Source: Epithemia pelagica
Taxonomy: Eukaryota; Protista; Bacillariophyta
DNA length: 64,000 nt
NCBI GenBank assembly: GCA_946965045.2
Contig: OX337230.1
Span: 2,542,001 to 2,606,000 of the forward strand
Direction of reading: 5' to 3'
Positions within the stretch are counted from its first letter, which is position 1, and every line of letters begins with the position of its first letter. The position numbers were made by a program, and so were the translations under genes. Positions 61,826-64,000 of this stretch are shown piece by piece. Below the pieces are notes generated by a model that made no database searches, was not told the DNA's origin, and saw nothing but the letters and a program-made list of their open reading frames with translations.

Positions 61826-64000
61826 ATGGTGAGGAAAACAAACAACACGAAACAGAAGTCCTCGGTGGAAGCACGTCTCCCAGTTTCGAGTCGATGTGAA
61901 GGGTACAAGAAACAAAAGAAAAGCTTCAATACTCAATGTGTTTCAACCATCAGACAGAACAAACGTAAGAATGACGCCATAACTAAGCAACAGAAAGAAC
62001 CACCCCTGCAGAATGTTCGGAATCTCGATGAAAATGATGGTGCACAATCTCGAGAAAATCAGGATCCGCAAAAAGGAAATACTTCAAGCGGTATGGAGGG
62101 ACGACGTGAAGGGGTGATGTCTGCCTTGGCTGGTCCGAGTACAACTGATGACATTCATATTGTGAATGGTATTATTAACGATGTGGTGGAGAATATATGT
62201 CAGGATGAAGATTCAGATTCCGATGCATTGGATGAGGACGAAGACGAAATTGGTCAAGACGCTACCAAAGGGCAAGTAAGAACCACATATTCAGGAAACG
62301 ACACCACAACGGGAGATTCCTTTGGAATCCTTTGGAAGCAGACCCCTTTTTGACACTGCACAGAGCCAACGGGCATCAACACTACCACAGCCATGTACTC
62401 AAGCATTCAACACAGGGAATGGTCTGGTACAGCAACAAAATCAAAGTGGAGGAACAATGCCACCACCCCCAAATCATGCTGGTCAGGAACGGGCGATGGA
62501 GCAGCACAATTCGAGACCTATTCATACCCAAGTTACTCCAATGGGAGTGAATCAACAGACCTGGGTGGGAAATGTAGCTGGTCAACATTCAGAACATATG
62601 CAGGATGTGGATCAGAACCACAATGAGTATTACGGTGCATCGTATGTCACGGGACAATATCAGGAACCTCAACCTCCAAATGCCGCAAATTCTGGACCTC
62701 AAGGAAATCAGTCTACACACATAGACCAAAGGATCAATGCTGGTGGAATGCAGGGAGATCATGGATATCAACAGGCATGCGCTAGTGGAATGCAGGGTGA
62801 TCATGGATATCAAGAGGCAGGCGCTGGTGGAATGCAGGGTGGTGGATATCAACAAGCTGGTTCTGGTGGAATGCAGGGTGGTGGATATCAACAAGCTGGT
62901 TCTGGTGGAATGCAGGGTGGTGGATATCAACAAGCTGGTTCTGGTGGAATGCAGGGTGGTGGATATCAACAGGCTGGTGCTAGTGGAATGCAGGGTGATG
63001 GATATCAACAGGCTGGTGGGGATAGGAAGTGGAATGGGCAACAAGAATGGTTATCGAATCAGGCATCCTACCCTAACCACAGTTCTACTTTTGGGAGTAC
63101 AGATGAAACATGTGCAACTTATTCTTATCCCCTGACGACCCAGATAGGTACGTATGTGAACAAAACAATAGGTACATGACATATACTCTCATGATTGATG
63201 TAATGGGGGTATGGTACTGATATTCTGATCCAGATGCTTGTGTCGCTCATGATGTTTCTTCATTGTCTGATATGTCATCACTGTATACAGGAGGTCAGGA
63301 ACGATGCTCCATTGCCAATCTCAGACCAGGTTATATATTCATTTCTACGGGTGATAGATCTGTTGTAACGGCATCTACGAACAACGACAAAGGCGGAAGC
63401 AATGATAATTCTTCTTCGAGAAAGAAGAAGAAGAAGGAGGTTTCCCAGAAGAATACAGAACCAAAACAACAACCAATCCTGCTTAACACAAATGACTTCA
63501 AGGAATTTGTCAAGTATAAGGTGTTCCGATACTTGAAATACTACTGTCGTTTTACGGATGCCTGTTCAGATGGTAATTTATTCAAGATGTTTTGTGCTGA
63601 ATTTGAGATTTACTTGACAAAGTACAGGATTGCGGACAAGTATAGATACTTTCGAGATTGTTGTGGTGATATTCAAAGGCATTTGAGAGTGAAACGGTCT
63701 AATGTATTGGGTCAATTTGCGAAGAAGTTCAAACGTAAGGGGACACTGCATGGTTTTCTTCTCTCTGCATGATTTTCTGTCTAACTCAACCTGCTCTTTT
63801 TGGCTGCTGTACAGATAGGGTGAAGATAGATTTGTGTTCTACATATGAGAATGGACTGATCCGTCGAACCTTTCCCAAATTGTACCAAGCTGATGAATAT
63901 GGATCCATGCCTGCAATGGAGAATTTCTTGCGTATGCGGGGAGAAATTGGAGTGAGTGAAGACTATATCTACATGTTTGCTTTGTTCGGCAGTGCTGTTT
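61826..64000 (+). CDS. Multi-exon hypothetical gene with prion-like GGMQGGGYQQAGS repeats; join(61826..62275,62364..63147,63291..63734,63815..>64000)
   Basis: Three GT-AG introns with matching phases (0,1,1) join the three track ORFs and an open final exon. Globular C-terminal domain FKEFVKYKVFRYLKYY...KRSNV. Confidence 0.75.
62740..63015 (+). repeat. 39/42-bp coding tandem repeat (~7 units)
   Basis: CTGGTGGAATGCAGGGTGGTGGATATCAACAAGCTGGTT units encoding GGMQGGGYQQAGS and GMQGDHGYQ variants. Confidence 0.93.

Noticed and set aside
1-64000. tRNA/rRNA genes
   Set aside because: No cloverleaf with T-loop GTTCRA context or rRNA-like segment was recognised by eye; a tRNAscan/Infernal run would be needed to exclude them fully.

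Overview
This is eukaryotic nuclear DNA, most likely from a diatom (inferred from CoDi-type Copia motifs, short GT-AG introns and bipartite plastid-targeting-like leaders). A host-gene island at ~12.5-34.9 kb holds a beta-propeller glycosidase-like gene, a silaffin-like secreted protein, VPS35, a U1-type zinc-finger protein, a PrmA-like methyltransferase, RPL37, an organellar Thr-tRNA ligase, a DDHD phospholipase and a DAG lipase. Transposon-rich DNA lies on both sides. Left: an apparently intact Ty1/copia element with gag and pol joined by a TGATG stop/start overlap, a MITE, a Crinkler-like HNH nuclease cassette flanked by a ~430-bp duplication, and an intact piggyBac. Right: a mosaic of short fragments of unrelated elements (hAT, LINE, DIRS/Ngaro-like, pogo), then a complete 6,652-bp hAT transposon (14-bp TIRs, perfect 8-bp TSD), then orphan genes (Ulp1-like+RING, prion-like repeats). 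The main finding is that the hAT carries a second, convergent gene encoding an Endonuclease III/NTHL1-like HhH-GPD DNA glycosylase with both catalytic residues intact and no Fe-S motif. It is a candidate transposon-encoded base-excision or anti-silencing system. All calls come from manual reading and motif recognition; no database searches were run.
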